DNA of 64,000 nucleotides, taken from contig NC_090396.1 of the NCBI RefSeq assembly GCF_036365525.1, positions 28,496,283 through 28,560,282 on the forward strand. Reading direction: 5' to 3'. Of this stretch, positions 48,421 through 62,079 are shown in pieces. This DNA comes from Heterodontus francisci. Lineage: Eukaryota. Every line of letters starts with the position of its first letter. Position 1 is the first letter of the stretch. The notes under the pieces are model-generated. The model made no database searches, was not told the DNA's origin, and saw only the letters and a list, made by a program, of their open reading frames with translations. Made by a program: the position numbers and the translations under genes.

Positions 48421-50414
48421 TTAATTCAGAAGTTTGCCAAAGATACGAGATCAGTGCAGGCTGGATAGCTGAATTTTTTCAGAAAGATCATACCAAAAGG
48501 TGCCCATGGAGTTTCACCCCCAACATGAGGCAGCACCGTCAGGGTGGGGGTGGGCAAAAACTGTCTTTTAATTCCAGTAAAAGTTGGGAAATGAATTGGA
48601 GCCAAATGAAATCAGTCTAATCTAATTTGCAGAATAAACTGCAAGCACACATTGTCTTGACATGACCCAGGCAGAAGTTTTATGACTTGTGGTTATGCAG
48701 ACCCCTGACACTCCATCCGTTTGCCAGGGGCAGCTTACAGTTTAAAAGAGGTTTTGTTTAAAAAAAAACCACCCAACTGTGAACAGTTTTAAAAAAATTT
48801 CTGCAGTATCCTCGGTTTTTAAAAATGTGACCCTGTTCATATTATTTGCTCCATGAAGGTTGCTTAATGTTGATCAGTAGTTTGTTAATAAACAGCGTGT
48901 TGCTTTACTCGGTAAAGCCATAGTGTAAGGTTGATCTCTTCCTGGGCCTGTTCCAATAGATAAACATCCTCTGTTTATGACCCAGTCTTAGAAAATTCTT
49001 GTCAGCAGTGAAGTAAGTTATGCTCAGTAGATGGACCAGACGAGACAGTTTCGTATGCTGCCAAGCGTTTTTTTTTTGCAGGTATAATGTTGCGATCAGC
49101 TGCATCAGTGTCACAGACAGTCATCCTCACTTGGGGCTACGAAGTGACCTTAAAAAAAAAAGAGCTCCAATGACTTTCTAAAAGCTGGATTTAATTCCAG
49201 CCCAGCTACTAATGTTCTGTTTTGACACAGAAATTACAAAGGTTATTAGCTCATATATTTGGAAGGGGGCATTGAAATCGGTCATACAACCTACACACTG
49301 AATTTTCAAGAATGGGACCTCGTATGTGTGCTGCTTTTCTGAAACTGTCACCAGGAGATGGCATACACTGTTACTAAATTATTTATATAGTAAATTAAAA
49401 ATACCATGTAAAATCTTACACTTACAAAAGGGAATGGGATTAAGACACCAGAGCAGTCAAATTACTGCTATAGTTAACTTCACAACTTTTAGCTGCTGCT
49501 CCTTGAAGCTAATTGGCCAACAACCCCACCCCCTACCTCTCACCTGCTCCTAATGGACAGCTGAGGAAACAGGGGTCCCATAAAAGACTTTGGGAATCTA
49601 TTGCTGCATAATGACCCCCTCCCCAGCTCCACCCAGAAGGCAGTCAATGGAAATCAATTGAATTGATGAGAACTTCCACTTTTACATTGTTAGTCTCGCT
49701 GTAAGAACCATTGATAAGGTAATACCTGATTCCATCGTTACTGCTAAACACCCTCACTGGCCCTGAAAAGCTAATTTTATATTTGTGGAATGTCACATTT
49801 TCAAAAAATTAAAAATTCACATTTTTAAAAAGGTACTTTTCTTTTTTTAAGTTCATTTATCTTTACATTAGCTTGCATCTTTATCCAATCATTTATTTTG
49901 CTATTGAAAACTTATATTAAAAGTGAAGGATATTAAGTGCTTTTAACTTCCTGATTTGTTGTGTATGAAGATGCTTCAATTTGATTGGTTGCTTGCCTGT
50001 TTGCTGACATCACTGCTGCTGCCAGCCACGACATTCCCTTGACTTGGCGCAAGATTTCAACTATCGTCAGAAGGGGTAAAACCACGCCACGGAGATTGCT
50101 AGATCTTTATGGGCAGCTTTCTTCAAGGTCAGCAGCAAGCATCCTTTCTTCACCACTGACTGCAAAATCTGGGCCAATAGTAATTTGTGATGAATTTTGT
50201 CTGAGAGAAACGTCACTGTTCAGCCAACGGAACTTGTTTCACTTCTTGCAGCCAGTTTCATTGTACAACATTCCCAGATCAGGTATACAATGGAACAGAT
50301 ACAAGGTAGAAATTCTTCTACGCTGGCCAATCTAGTTGCCTTGACATTAGCTTCAGACGATAACCCACGATGGATATTTTCATTTCCTGCACCAGCTGTT
50401 TTTGAGTGAATCTG

Positions 50415-51356
50415 TGTTATGACCTCAGTTGAGACCATTAACGTTAAAACCAGGTATATGAATTTCCCAGACCAATTTAAAGAAATACATGACAAGATTT
50501 CACGTTTTAAGACATTTACCAAAACTACAAAACTAAAAATCAATATTAACTAAACAGTACTTTGTAAGTAGCTAACACACTAAATTACAGAGAACAGTAT
50601 TTTTCCTGAACTTATCAAAACACTTGAAAACTCCACATCACATTTATACATAAACAGTGTCCATATTGAAGCAATGTCTTTGCAGTTAAAATTCCCAAAC
50701 TGCTCCCAGTCACAATGGGTTGGATCTCCCAGGCCTTTCTCAAAGTCAATGGCCTCTTCACTCACTTCTTCCAAGCACTTTCAACCTGGACTTCCATGAA
50801 TGTGATCTCTGGTGACCCTATTGGTCTTTTCCCTCTGCAAACCTCAGTTTCCAAATTGGGTTCAAGTCTTCACAGCCTTTCGCTGTATCAATGTCTTGAG
50901 AACAGTTGTTTTCTCTCTCTCTGTCTCTCCTGAGGCTGCCAACACCGTTTTTTTGCCTTCTACTCTGGCTGACAGCCTCCAGAATCAAAGGTTAATAGTC
51001 ACTTGCCTTTTTCAATACGCGAAGTCCACAAGTCTGGCCACAGCAGAACCCAGGCCTTCCTTTGTTTCCAGGTGTTAAAAATTTCAACTGGAGTTTGCAT
51101 CTGTAGTGCCCCAGCTCCTTGTTTACGATCTGAGAGTCTGGGAGAGTGAAAATCATTATCTTTCAAGTGTTACAACCTTACATTCTGCTTTCAAAAGGGT
51201 CTTTGATCTGGGTTCTTTGTTTGCATGGCAACCAAGACCCCTGGCTTGTTTCTGGATAGACTTGGCACATGTCTCTTGCAACTCCATTTTACACTGCATT
51301 AAAAATCACAGTTTTTTAAAAACATAATTATGCTACAAAGTCCAGTATTCATAACA
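50415..51356. mobile_element. Probable solo LTR
   Basis: Perfect 8-bp inverted termini TGTTATGA...TCATAACA, 942 bp, non-coding; no clear TSD. Confidence 0.5.
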
Positions 51357-52409
51357 GACCGTCACTATTGCCATGAGGGAAGAATAGTTCAATGTTGCTT
51401 ACAAGCGCTTATTAGTTGAGGTTTTTGAATACCTGACTTCCCATCATGGTTGTGACAAACAAAATTCTTACGAGGAACAAGGTCACTGCTGCCTTTAACT
51501 AAAGGAATGCAGTCCTTAAAACTTAGGCTTCCTCACAATAAAATAGTATAGTAATATCGTAGTTACAATACAGACTAGGAATCCAGAGGATAAGTTCAAA
51601 TCCTGACACTATGTCAAGTGGTAAAATTAAATTCAATAAATCTGGTTACTTGTGGGCTAAATTAACAAAAATAAAAATAACCATGTGGACAGCCAGATTG
51701 TCTCAAATTCCATAGAAGTTTCCAACACAGAGGAAGGCCATTTAACTCATCGTGTCTGTGTAGGCTTTGTTAGAGCAACTCAAAACTGATGTCACCCTTG
51801 GCTCCAATAGTAGCACTATTGGACTTATGTGGTGACTTGAACATATAATTTACACTTTAGTGTAGTACTGAGGGAGTAATGCACTGTTGGAGATACTGTC
51901 TGTCAGTTGAGTTGTAAGACCAAGGCTACATCTGTCTTAAGTGGTTGCAAAGGATCCCATGGCATAATTTGAAGCAGAGCAGGAGGGCTGTTGTCGCAAA
52001 CATTTATCCCTTAACTAACATCTCCAAAACAGATTAACTAGTCTTGTATCACAGTACTGTTTACCAAGAGCAAACTGGCTGTTGTGTTTCCCTACACTAC
52101 TCTTTTAAAGTAGTTCATTAGTGCAAAGTGCTTTGCAATGTCCCAAGATCACAAAAATCCCTACCTTAATGCAAGTTCTTTCTTTTAATCCCTCTAACTT
52201 GTGCTTCTCCTCATTATCTTCTTCTGCTTCAAATATTTAGCTAATTTTTTCTTAAAAGATGTAATGATCTCTGCCTGAAACATTCCCTGTAGTGAAACAT
52301 TCCCTGCTCTTTTAATGGTTTTGCTCAATCTTAATGATTACTCCTCGTCACGGACTCTCCAACCAGAGGAAACAGTCTTTCCCTAATCACTCTTTTTAAA
52401 ATTAATTTT

Positions 52410-54080
52410 TGTGATGGGGACATCAATGGCAAGACCAGCAATTATTGCCCATCTTTAGCTACTCTAAGAAAGTGATAGTGGGCCTTCTTGAACTGTTGCA
52501 GTCTGTGTGATGAAAGTTCTCCGACAGTGTTGTTAGGTCGGCAGTTCCAGTATATTGACCCAGTGATGAAGGGATGGCAGTATATGCTCAAGTTTGGATG
52601 GTTTGTGAGTGAGGGAAATTTGGAGGTTATGGTGCTCCCATGCACCTACTGCCCTGGTCCTTCTTGGTGATGGAGGTTTCAGGTTTGGGAGATGCTGCTG
52701 ACGCAGCTGCTGCAGTGCATTCTATAGATAGTACACTCTGCAGACAAGGCAGTGGAGGGGGTGGCCGTTCAGTGTACTGGACGAGGTGGCAATCAAGCAG
52801 GCCACTGTAATAGTGTTCAACAGCTTGAGTGTTGTTGGAGCTGCAGCAATCCAAGCAAATGAAGAGTATTCCATCACACTGTGGACTTATGCTTTATAAA
52901 TGGTACAGAACCTTTGAGGTGTCAGAAGATGAACCACTCACCACAGCAGTCTCTGACCAGCTCAATTAGCCAAGCCATTTGTGTGTGATTCTGGTCAATT
53001 GTGACCCCCAGGTTGTTGATAGTGGGGCATTTGGCCATTAAATGTCTTGGTTGGGTGGGTGGGTGGTGGTTGGACTTTCTCTTGTTGGAGATAGTTATTG
53101 CCTGGCACTTTTGTGGCATGTATGTTACTTACTACTTAACAGGGGTGGGGCTAATTGACCACCAACCACAACCATCTTCCTTTGTACCAGGTGTGACTCC
53201 AACCAGTGAAGAGTTTTCCCCCTGATCCTCATTGACTTCAGTTTTACCAGAGCTACTTGGTGCCATATTTGGTTGAATGCTGCCCTCATGTCAAAGGCAG
53301 TCACTCTCACCTCACTTGTAGAATTCAGCATGTGTCCAAATCTGTAATGAGGTCTGGAGCTAAGTGGTCCAAGTGGAAACCAAACTGAGCATCAATGAAC
53401 AGGTTATTGATGAATAATTGGCATTTGATAGCACTGTTGATTACGTTACTTTGCAGATGATTAGGAATAGGTTGCTAGGGTAGTTTAGTTTAGTTTAGTT
53501 ATACAGCACTGAAACAGGCCCTTCGGCCCACCGAGTCTGTGCCGACCATCAACCACCCATTTATACTAATCCTACACTAATCCCATATTCCTACCACATC
53601 CCATCATTTCCCTACCACCTACCTATACTAGGGGCAATTTATAATGGCCAATTTACCTACCAACCTGCAAGTCTTTTGGCTTGTGGGAGGAAACCGGAGC
53701 ACCCGGAGAAAACCCATGCAGACACAGGGAGAACCTGCAAACTCCACACAGGCAGTACCCAGAATTGAACCCGGGTCACTGGAGCTGTGAGGCTGCAGTG
53801 CTAACCACTGCGCCACTGTGCCACCCATTGGCTAGGTCAGATTTGTCCTGCTTTTTATGGACAGGACAGACTTAGGCAATTTTACACATCATCAGATAGA
53901 TCCATGTTGTAACTGTACTAGAACATCTTGGCGAGAGGCACAGCTAGTTCTGTACCACAGGTCTTCAGCACTACAACTGGGATTCTGTCAGGGCTCTCAG
54001 CCTTCACTGTACTCTGCCATCTTTTCATGTCATGGAATAAATTTAATTGGTTCAAGACAGGTATCGGTGATGGTGGAGGG
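52410..54080 (-). mobile_element. Older fragment of the same LINE family, interrupted by an HE1 SINE
   Basis: AFDMRAAFNQIWHQ, KMVVVGGQ, VVLKTCGTELAVPLAKMF; tail near 52410. Confidence 0.75.
53481..53826 (-). mobile_element. HE1-like V-SINE inserted in a LINE
   Basis: Reverse complement of the same family; (CTAAA)n tail. Confidence 0.88.
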
Positions 54081-54349
54081 GGCAAGGGATTTAAACAAGA
54101 GGATGAGAATTTTAAATTTGACACATTGAGGGACTGGGAGTCAATAGAGGATGGAGAGGACAGGGGCACTGGAAACAAGCTTGGGCATTAATCAGTAAAG
54201 GAGTAGAAAGCTATCTCTATCATGTGTCAATGCTTAGAGGGCAATCAGATCTTGTGCTCCTAACTTTATGCACCCTTGTCAATCATCTCCCCCCCCCCTC
54301 CCTCACGACCACCATCACACTCTCCCTCAACACCACCTCCTCCCTCACC

Positions 54350-55070
54350 ACCACCTTTATTTATATAGCGCCTTTAACAAATTAAAAAAGTCACAAGCTG
54401 CTTCACAGGAGCATTATAAAACAAAATTTGGCACCAAGCCACACAAGGAGACATTGTCAAAGCTTGGTCAAAGAGATAGGTTTTAAGGAGTATCATAATG
54501 GAGGAAAGCAAGGTAGAGAGGCAGAGAGGTGTAGGAAGAGTATTCCAGAGCTTGGAGCGTAGGCAACTGAATGGTGGAGCCATTAAAATCAGGGATGCTC
54601 AAGAGGCCAGAATTAGTGGAGCGCAGATATCTTGGAGGGTTGTGGGCCTGGAGGAAATAACAGAGATAGGGTGTGGCGAGGCCGTGGATGAGAATTTTAA
54701 AATCAAGACGTTGCTTGACTAGGGGCTAATGTAGGTCAGCAAGCGCAGGTGTGATTGGAGAATGGGACTTGGTGCAAGTTAAAACACAGGCAGGAGTGTT
54801 TTGGATGACCTCAAGTTTATAGAGGGTAGAATGTGGGAGACCAGCTAGGAGTGCATTGGAATAGTCAAGTCTAGAGGTAACAAAGGCATGAGTGAGTGTT
54901 TCAGCAGCAGATGAGCTGCGACAGGGCTAAATTGGGCAATATTACAGAGGTTGAAATGGACGGTCTTAGTGATGGTGTGAATATGAGATTGGAAGTTCAT
55001 TTCAGTGTCAAATGTGGCACCAAGGTTGCAAACTGACTGGCTTAATCTCAGACTGTTGCCAGGGAGAGGA
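54350..55070 (-). mobile_element. L2-like LINE 3' fragment
   Basis: FSC...KLWNTLP...LLKTYLFDQA motif; tail gctatataaa. Further copies at about 40515-40865 (-), 43000-43340 (+), 44225-44770 (-) and 45110-45340 (-). Confidence 0.7.
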
Positions 55071-56049
55071 ATTGAGTTTCAGTTCTGACAAAGGGCCTCA
55101 ACCTGAAATGTTAACTCTATTTTGCTCTCCACAGTTACTGCCCGACCTGTTGAGTTTTTCTAGCATTTCCTGTTTTTATTTGCATTCTTTATCCCTCTGA
55201 CTAACAGACCGTATATCTTAGGCTCCAACCAAGCATAATTGTGAAACACTAAGAATGCAATTGCATTAATGGCCATCAATTATTCTCGGATGACTTTTTT
55301 TTTTAAAAGGATGGGTATTCAGTAAATTTCTATTACAAACGAGAAGTTTATACACATAAAAGAATCAAAGAAAAGGCCTGGTTCAATTTTAATTTATACA
55401 CTAGATTAGAAATTTACCTATGAAACTCTAAATGGTACCAGAAATATTAATCATTCCTTGGAATTTAGATCAGTGACCTGAAATAGATCCCATTATTCTG
55501 ACATAACTTCTAATACTGGATTGTGGAAAAACCTCAGACAGGAACATAAAGTCTAATAGTTTCCAGAATACTGCAGTTCCTGCATTTCATTTAAATGTGA
55601 ATTCCTCAAAAAGCACACACCTGCTGGGTTATGCATCCTGACGCAAAGTTTTTCTTGATGTGGTTTCAAGCAAATCCGGGAATTAAGCTACCACTACAAA
55701 AGTATATTTTCATCCCAGCAGTCCTGGCAGGATTTACACTGCCAGCATCATAATGGGATTAATTCAAAGCCAAACACCACAGTGCAACCAGGGTGTTAGA
55801 GCACAATTAAGGGGAAAAGATGTAATTGAAATTCATAAAATCATAAGTACTCAGGGCTGGAAATGATAATTATAAACAACAGCCCAAAGCTATTAATGCA
55901 CCATACCATTCCCCATTTAAAAAATTGAATTTTCATGACTATCCTTTTATTTCAGCTGTTTTTAACATATCTTTAAAAACATTTGCTGTCAGAGTTGAGG
56001 AATTACTAAGCTTAACGCTGTGAAGAAGCAATATAAACAAGCAGCATAA

Positions 56050-58300
56050 CCGCTCTGCTTTTGTACTTAATACCTCTATTTATGAAGCCCAGGATCCCAT
56101 ATACTTTGCTAACCACTCTCTCAATATGTCCTGTCACCTTCAAAGACCTATGCACATGCACCTCCAGGTCCCTGTCCCTGCACACTCTTTAGAAATGTGC
56201 CATTAAGTCTATATTACCTCTCCCTAGCCCTTCTGCCAAAATGCATCACCTCACATGTGTCTGTATTAAATTCCATTTGCCATTTGTATCCCCATTCTGC
56301 CAGCTTATCTATGTCCTATTACAATCAATTTGCATCATCCTCACTGTTGCTACTCCTTCAAAGTTTGCTATTATTGGCAAATTTTGAAATTTTACTCTGT
56401 ATTCCAATATCCAAGTCATTTATATACATCAAAAAAGCAGTGGTCCTACCACTGAACCTTGGGGAACACCACTGTCTACTATTCTGTAGTCTAAAACATA
56501 ATCATTGACCATGACTTGCCTTTTTCTGTCCTTAAGCCAATTTTTTAATGCCAGGTGACACTGACCTTTCCATTCGATGAGCCTCAATTTTGTTAACCAG
56601 CCATTTATGTGGTACTTTGTCAAACGCTTTCTTAAATTCATATAGACAACATCCTTTGCATTCCCTTCATCAACTCTCTCTGTTACTTCACCAAACAACT
56701 CAATTAGATTAGTCAAACATGATCTGCCTTTTACAAATCCATGCTGGCTATCCTTAACTCAAACCTCTCCAAGTGTCTGTTGATTTTCTTCCCCGATTAT
56801 TGTTTCTAAAGCCTCACCCACCACTGATATAGTAACTGGTCTGTAATTACTAAGATTGTGCTTACACCCTTTCTTGAATAAGAGTGTCACATTTGCCTCT
56901 CTCGAATCCTCTGGCACATACCCATATCTTTGGAAGATTATGGCAAGCCCTTCTGCTACATCCATCCCCACTTCCTTTAGTAATGTGGGATGCAAGCCAT
57001 CTGGATCAGATGATTTATCAACTCTAGGATAGCCAGCCTTTGCAGTATGTCCTGTCTCTCAATTTTCACCCCATTCATTCGCTCTACCATCTCTGCTTGA
57101 CCAATATTTTGTTGGCATCCTCTTCCTTAGTAAACACCGATACAAAATACTCATTTATTATTCTACCCTTGCACTGCACCTCTAAGCATGTATCACCCTC
57201 TTTGTTCCCAATAGGACCCACCCCACCTCTTACTACCCACTTACTATTTACATGGTGGTAGAAGACTTTTGAGTTCCCTTTTATGTTGACTGCCATTCTA
57301 TTCTCATATTCTTTCTTTGCCAGTCTTACTTTCCTCTTCACTTCCCATCTTAACTTATTGTATTTGACCCATTTCCCACTGGAAGAATTCACCTGACCTG
57401 CATTATACACCCTTTTTTTTGTTACATCATAGTCCCTATCTCCCTCATTATGCAAGCAGCCCTGGCTTTGGTTTCCCTGCCTTTCACTCTTGTTGGAATT
57501 TACATAGCGTGTACTTGAAGCATCTTTTCCTTGAAGATCACTCATTGTTCCATTACAGTTTTTCTCGTCAATCTTTGGTTCCATTTTGCCCTGGCTAGAT
57601 CCCCTCTCATCCCATTGAAGTTATCCCTCTTCCAATTTAGCTGCTATACTTTAGATTGTTCCTTGCTCTTCTCCATTACCAGTCTAAACCTTGATATTAT
57701 CACTCCAACCCAAGTGTTCCCCCACAGACACTTGGTCCACTTGGCTCAAATCATTCCCAGCACCAGATCCAGCAATGCCTCTTTCCTGGTTGGACTGAGA
57801 CAAACTCGTCAAGGAAGTTCTCCTAAACACATTTCAGAAAATCCCTGCTCCCCCCCCCCCCCCATCCTTTATTCCAATATCCCAATCGATATTTGGGTAA
57901 TTATAATCCCCCAATATGACCACTCTATAGTTTCTTCATAGCTCTGTGATTCCCCTGTAAATTTGCTCCTCTGTCTCTCTCTCACTTGGAGGCCGATAGA
58001 ATACCCCCAGTAGCATAAGCATACCCTTTTTTACTTCTCAACTATAGCCAAATGGATTCTGTCCTTGTCCCTCAGTTCACCACACTTTGTGTATTTACAT
58101 TAATGTATTGCAAATCTGTCTTTGTGTTCCTCATAGTCCTACTTAGTCTGCTCCTATCTAATATGGCACTATTTCCTTCTCTACTACTATCCAATGCTCT
58201 CACTTTATGCACAGTTTTCCTACTTCCATATGCTGGTGCCCATCCCCCTGCTAATTTAGTTTAAACCCTCCCCAACCACATTGGTGCCAGTCCGGTCAAA
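56050..58300 (-). mobile_element. Decayed, internally deleted CR1 (ORF1 end through RT)
   Basis: GEGLN* ORF1 end near 58260; NEYFVSVFTKE, NYRPV, GVPQGSVVGPLLF. Confidence 0.85.
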
Positions 58301-58581
58301 GTGCAATCCACTGCATATAATCCATTTTTGATACTCGTAACTCTCCGCTTTCTTTCCTTGCTGAAGAGAGCATAGAACTCCAAGAAGAGACAGAGAACTA
58401 GGGGTGGCCTTACAGTGAACGCTACTGTGACTGCTGCTGTGGAGGCAGCCCTGGCGATCAGTAGTGTGATGGAGTGCCTGGCCATTGGTGATGGAGAGAT
58501 GGAAATCTCCTGGCTATCTGGTGACAGAATTAGATCACACTGCCACATGACATGTGACACTCAAGTTGATTTGCTGTCACC

Positions 58582-59396
58582 TGTTACGACCAGATGAGAA
58601 AGGTGTCTAGGAGTCTTTTACTATCTTTATCTGGTCTTATTGTAGCAGGGTTTAATTTCACACAGTGTTTTGAGCTTCCCCTTTTGAATCCTTGTTCACA
58701 GCTTTCCAATTATAAGGCAAAGAAATAAGCACACCAGGTTTTCTTTAGGTTTAAAGCAGAAAAGTGGAATTTATTAAACCTTAAACTTCAACTCTAATAC
58801 GGCTAACGCCCATGGATATACGATACACCCATGCGAGCATGCACGTGCGATACACAGATGCAAATAGGGACAGAAAAGAAAGAAAAATAAAATGGAGGGG
58901 TTTGAGGCAGTCTCCAAAAGGGAGTTTCTTGTTACTGTTTGAGTTTCCAGCTCGCCGTAGAGTCCTTGATTGTAGACAGCTCTTACTTTTCATTGGGGCC
59001 CAGTATTCTTCTTAAACTTTGTTCACTGTAGGAGACTTTTCTCTCTTGGGGTTCACATGTCTTGTATGGTTTCTGAAGCCGGTGAGAGCAAGATGAGAAC
59101 AGACAGGAGAGAGGTCTTCTCAGTCCAGGAGAAAAGTGTTTTCTGATTTCAAATTCTTTGTTGGAAGTTCAAATTCAAAAAACTCCAAGTCAGTCATGTG
59201 ACCAAACTGGTCTGACCATGTCCGTGTGTGTATTTGGCCATCTTGGTAGTTTACCTGGAATGCTTCAATGTCTGGTAATCAAAAGTCCATTGTGGATTAA
59301 ATTGGAGCAGGGAATAGCTCCTTTGTCCATTGAAGTACTTGTCTGTTGATATGCTAATGTATCTCTCATTCTTGGCAGGTGGGAGCTTGCCTGATG
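58582..59396. mobile_element. Solo LTR (family A-related), copy 3
   Basis: TGTTACGACCAGATGAGAA...TCTTGGCAGGTGGG; homologous to 4837-5749; flanks CACC/TACC. Confidence 0.75.
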
Positions 59397-60437
59397 TACC
59401 ATTAACTTAAATATGAACATCTGTGCAATGTTGACTTTGAACCCTTTTTTTGTGTCAGTTCTAACTCATGTCTTTCATCCTCCACAGATCCTTCAAGTGT
59501 GATGCAGGAGCTGGAGTGAGAGAAGGCCGAGGAGTCTTCAAAGGAGGATGTGCAGTCTGATGAAGCAACATTGGATGACACGTGCACCCTGCACCAGCAC
59601 AGATACACATACCTCAGTGGGGACTTCAAGGGAGCTAGCTAAGGTGACACATAGTGATACACACATCAAAAATGAGCAGAGTAGCTGTTGGAGACAGGGA
59701 CACCAGTGGAGAGTCCCCGATGGAGGGCACAGGAACCTCCAAGCTCTGCACAGCTTGGACGCAGATGCTGAGCCTCGGGGGTCATCCACGGAGAGGACAA
59801 TTCTGAAGCAGAACCCCTCACATTTTCTGGTGCTATCAGCCTTTTGAGAGGCATTGCATACCCTTGGAGAGAGACTGCAGGAGTACCTCTCTAGTATGAG
59901 TGCTGTGATATCTCAGGCATTTGCGCTGATGTTCACCTTCTGGAAAGAGTAGCCACCTGCACGGAGAATAAGACGCGATAGCTAACCGAGTGTTTGCTTG
60001 CTCTGACCAATGGCCTGCACACTCAATCTGACAGTTTAAACAGGATGGAGGAAAGTCTCGCCTTGGCCGTCCATCATAGTGCACTCCAGCTCTGGGCTAG
60101 CAGTGAAGTGTGGGTGGGCCATGAGGGGGAAGGTGGAGAAAGAGTACAAGGAAGTGGGGACTCTGCTCAAGGTGCCCCCACTTCTCATCCACTGCACTCT
60201 CCTGCCTCAGACAAAGCCCCATCTGCTGATTTCCACCCCATAATCAAGTCTGCCCCTGCAGAAGCACAGGCAGGGCAGTCTTTGGCAGGGCCCCAAAACC
60301 CAGAGGACATCTGCCACCGGCATCTCATCTGTCAGAGCAGGGGAATGAGCAGCCTGCCTCCAGCTCTGCTGAAGTCAGAGGCAGCACCACGTAGCGGAGT
60401 CATAGGAAACGGAAGAGGAAGACTTTTTTGCTGCATA

Positions 60438-62068
60438 AAGGAATTCCCCAGCATCACAGATGCCAGACTTAAGCCAATTCGATTCACGCGATATCAAGAA
60501 ACGACTGAAGGCACTGGATACTGCAAAAGCTACGGGCCCTGACAATATTCCGGCAATAGTACTGAAGACCTGTGCTCCAGAACTTGCCGCGCCCCTAGCC
60601 AAGCTGTTCCAGTACAGCTACAACACTGGCATCTACCCTGCAATGTGGAAAATTGCCCAGGTATGTCTTGTACACAAAAAGGACAAATCCAAACCGGTCA
60701 ACTACTGCCCCATTAGCCTACTCTCAGTAAAGTGATGGAAGGTGTCATCAACAGTGCCATCAAGCGGCACTTGCTTAGCAGCAACCTGCTCAGTGATGCT
60801 CAGTTTGGGTTCTGCCAGGGCCACTCAGCTGCTGACCTCATTACAGCCTTGGTTCAAACATGGACAAAAGAGCTGAACTCAAGAGGTGAGGGGAGAGTGA
60901 CTGTCCTTGACATCAAGGCAGCATTTGACCGAGTATGGCATCAAGGAGCCCTCACAAAACTGAGGTCAATGGGAATCAGGGAGAAAACCCTCCGCTGGCT
61001 GGAGTCATACCTAGCACAAAGGAAGATGCTTGTGGTTGTTGGAGGTCAATCATCTGAGCTCCAGGACATCACTGCAGGAGTTCCTCAGGGTAGTGTCCTA
61101 GGCCCAACCATCTTCAGCTGCTTCATCAATGACCTTCCTTTAATCATAAGGTCAGAAGTGGGGATGTTCGCTGATGATTGCACAATGTTCAGCACCATTT
61201 GTGACTCCTCAGATACTGAAGCAGTCCGTGTAGAAATGCAGCAAGACCTGGACAATATCCAGGCTTGGGCTGATAAGTGGCAAGTAACATTCGCGCCACA
61301 CAAGCGCCAGGCAATGAACATCTCCAACAAGAGAGAATCTAACTATCTCCCCTTGATATTCAACGGCATTACCATCGCTGAATCCCCCACTATCAATATC
61401 CTGGGGGCTACCATTGACCAGAAACTGAACTGGAGTAGCCATATAAATACCGTGGCTACAAGAGCAGGTCAGAGGCTAGGAATCCTGAGGCGAGTAACTC
61501 ACCTCCTGACTCCCCAAAGCCTGTCCACCATCTACAGGGCACAAGTCAGGAGTGTGATGAAATATTTTCCACTTGCTTGGATGGGTGCAGCTCCAACAAC
61601 ACTCAAGAAGCTCGACACCATCCAGGACAAAGCAGCCCGCTTGATTGGCACCCCATCTACAAACATTCACTCCCTCCACCACCGACGCACAGTAGCAGCA
61701 GTGTGTACCATCTACAAGATGCACTGTAGCAATGCACCAAGGCTCCTCAGACAGCAACTTCCAAACCCGCGACCTCTACCAACTAGAAGGACAAGGGCAG
61801 CAAATACATGGGAACACCACCACCTGCAAGTTCCCCTCCAGGTCACACACCATCCTGACTTGGAACTATATCGCCATTCCTTCACTGTCGCTGGGTCAAA
61901 ATCCTGGAACTCCCTTCCTAACAGTACTGTGGGTGTACCTACCCCACATGGACTGCAGCAGTTCAAGAAGGCAGCTCACCACCACCTTCTCAAGGGCAAT
62001 TAGGGATGGGCAATAAATGCTGGCCTGGCCAGCGACGCCCACATCCCATGAATGAATTTTTAAAAAAA
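60438..62068 (+). mobile_element. 5'-truncated CR1-clade LINE (young), RT ORF 60460-62003 with one frameshift
   Basis: [35 protein letters not shown]; 423-aa open segment; tail GCCCACATCCCATGAATGAAT. Confidence 0.92.
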
Positions 62069-62079
62069 CTTGGCTGTTT

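Noticed and set aside
59994-60542. 182-aa ORF
   Set aside because: It spans the junction between the Harbinger relic and the LINE, so it is a chimeric chance ORF.
60732-62003. Active LINE or host RT gene
   Set aside because: 5'-truncated with no endonuclease or ORF1 and a frameshift at about 60730; just a young dead copy.
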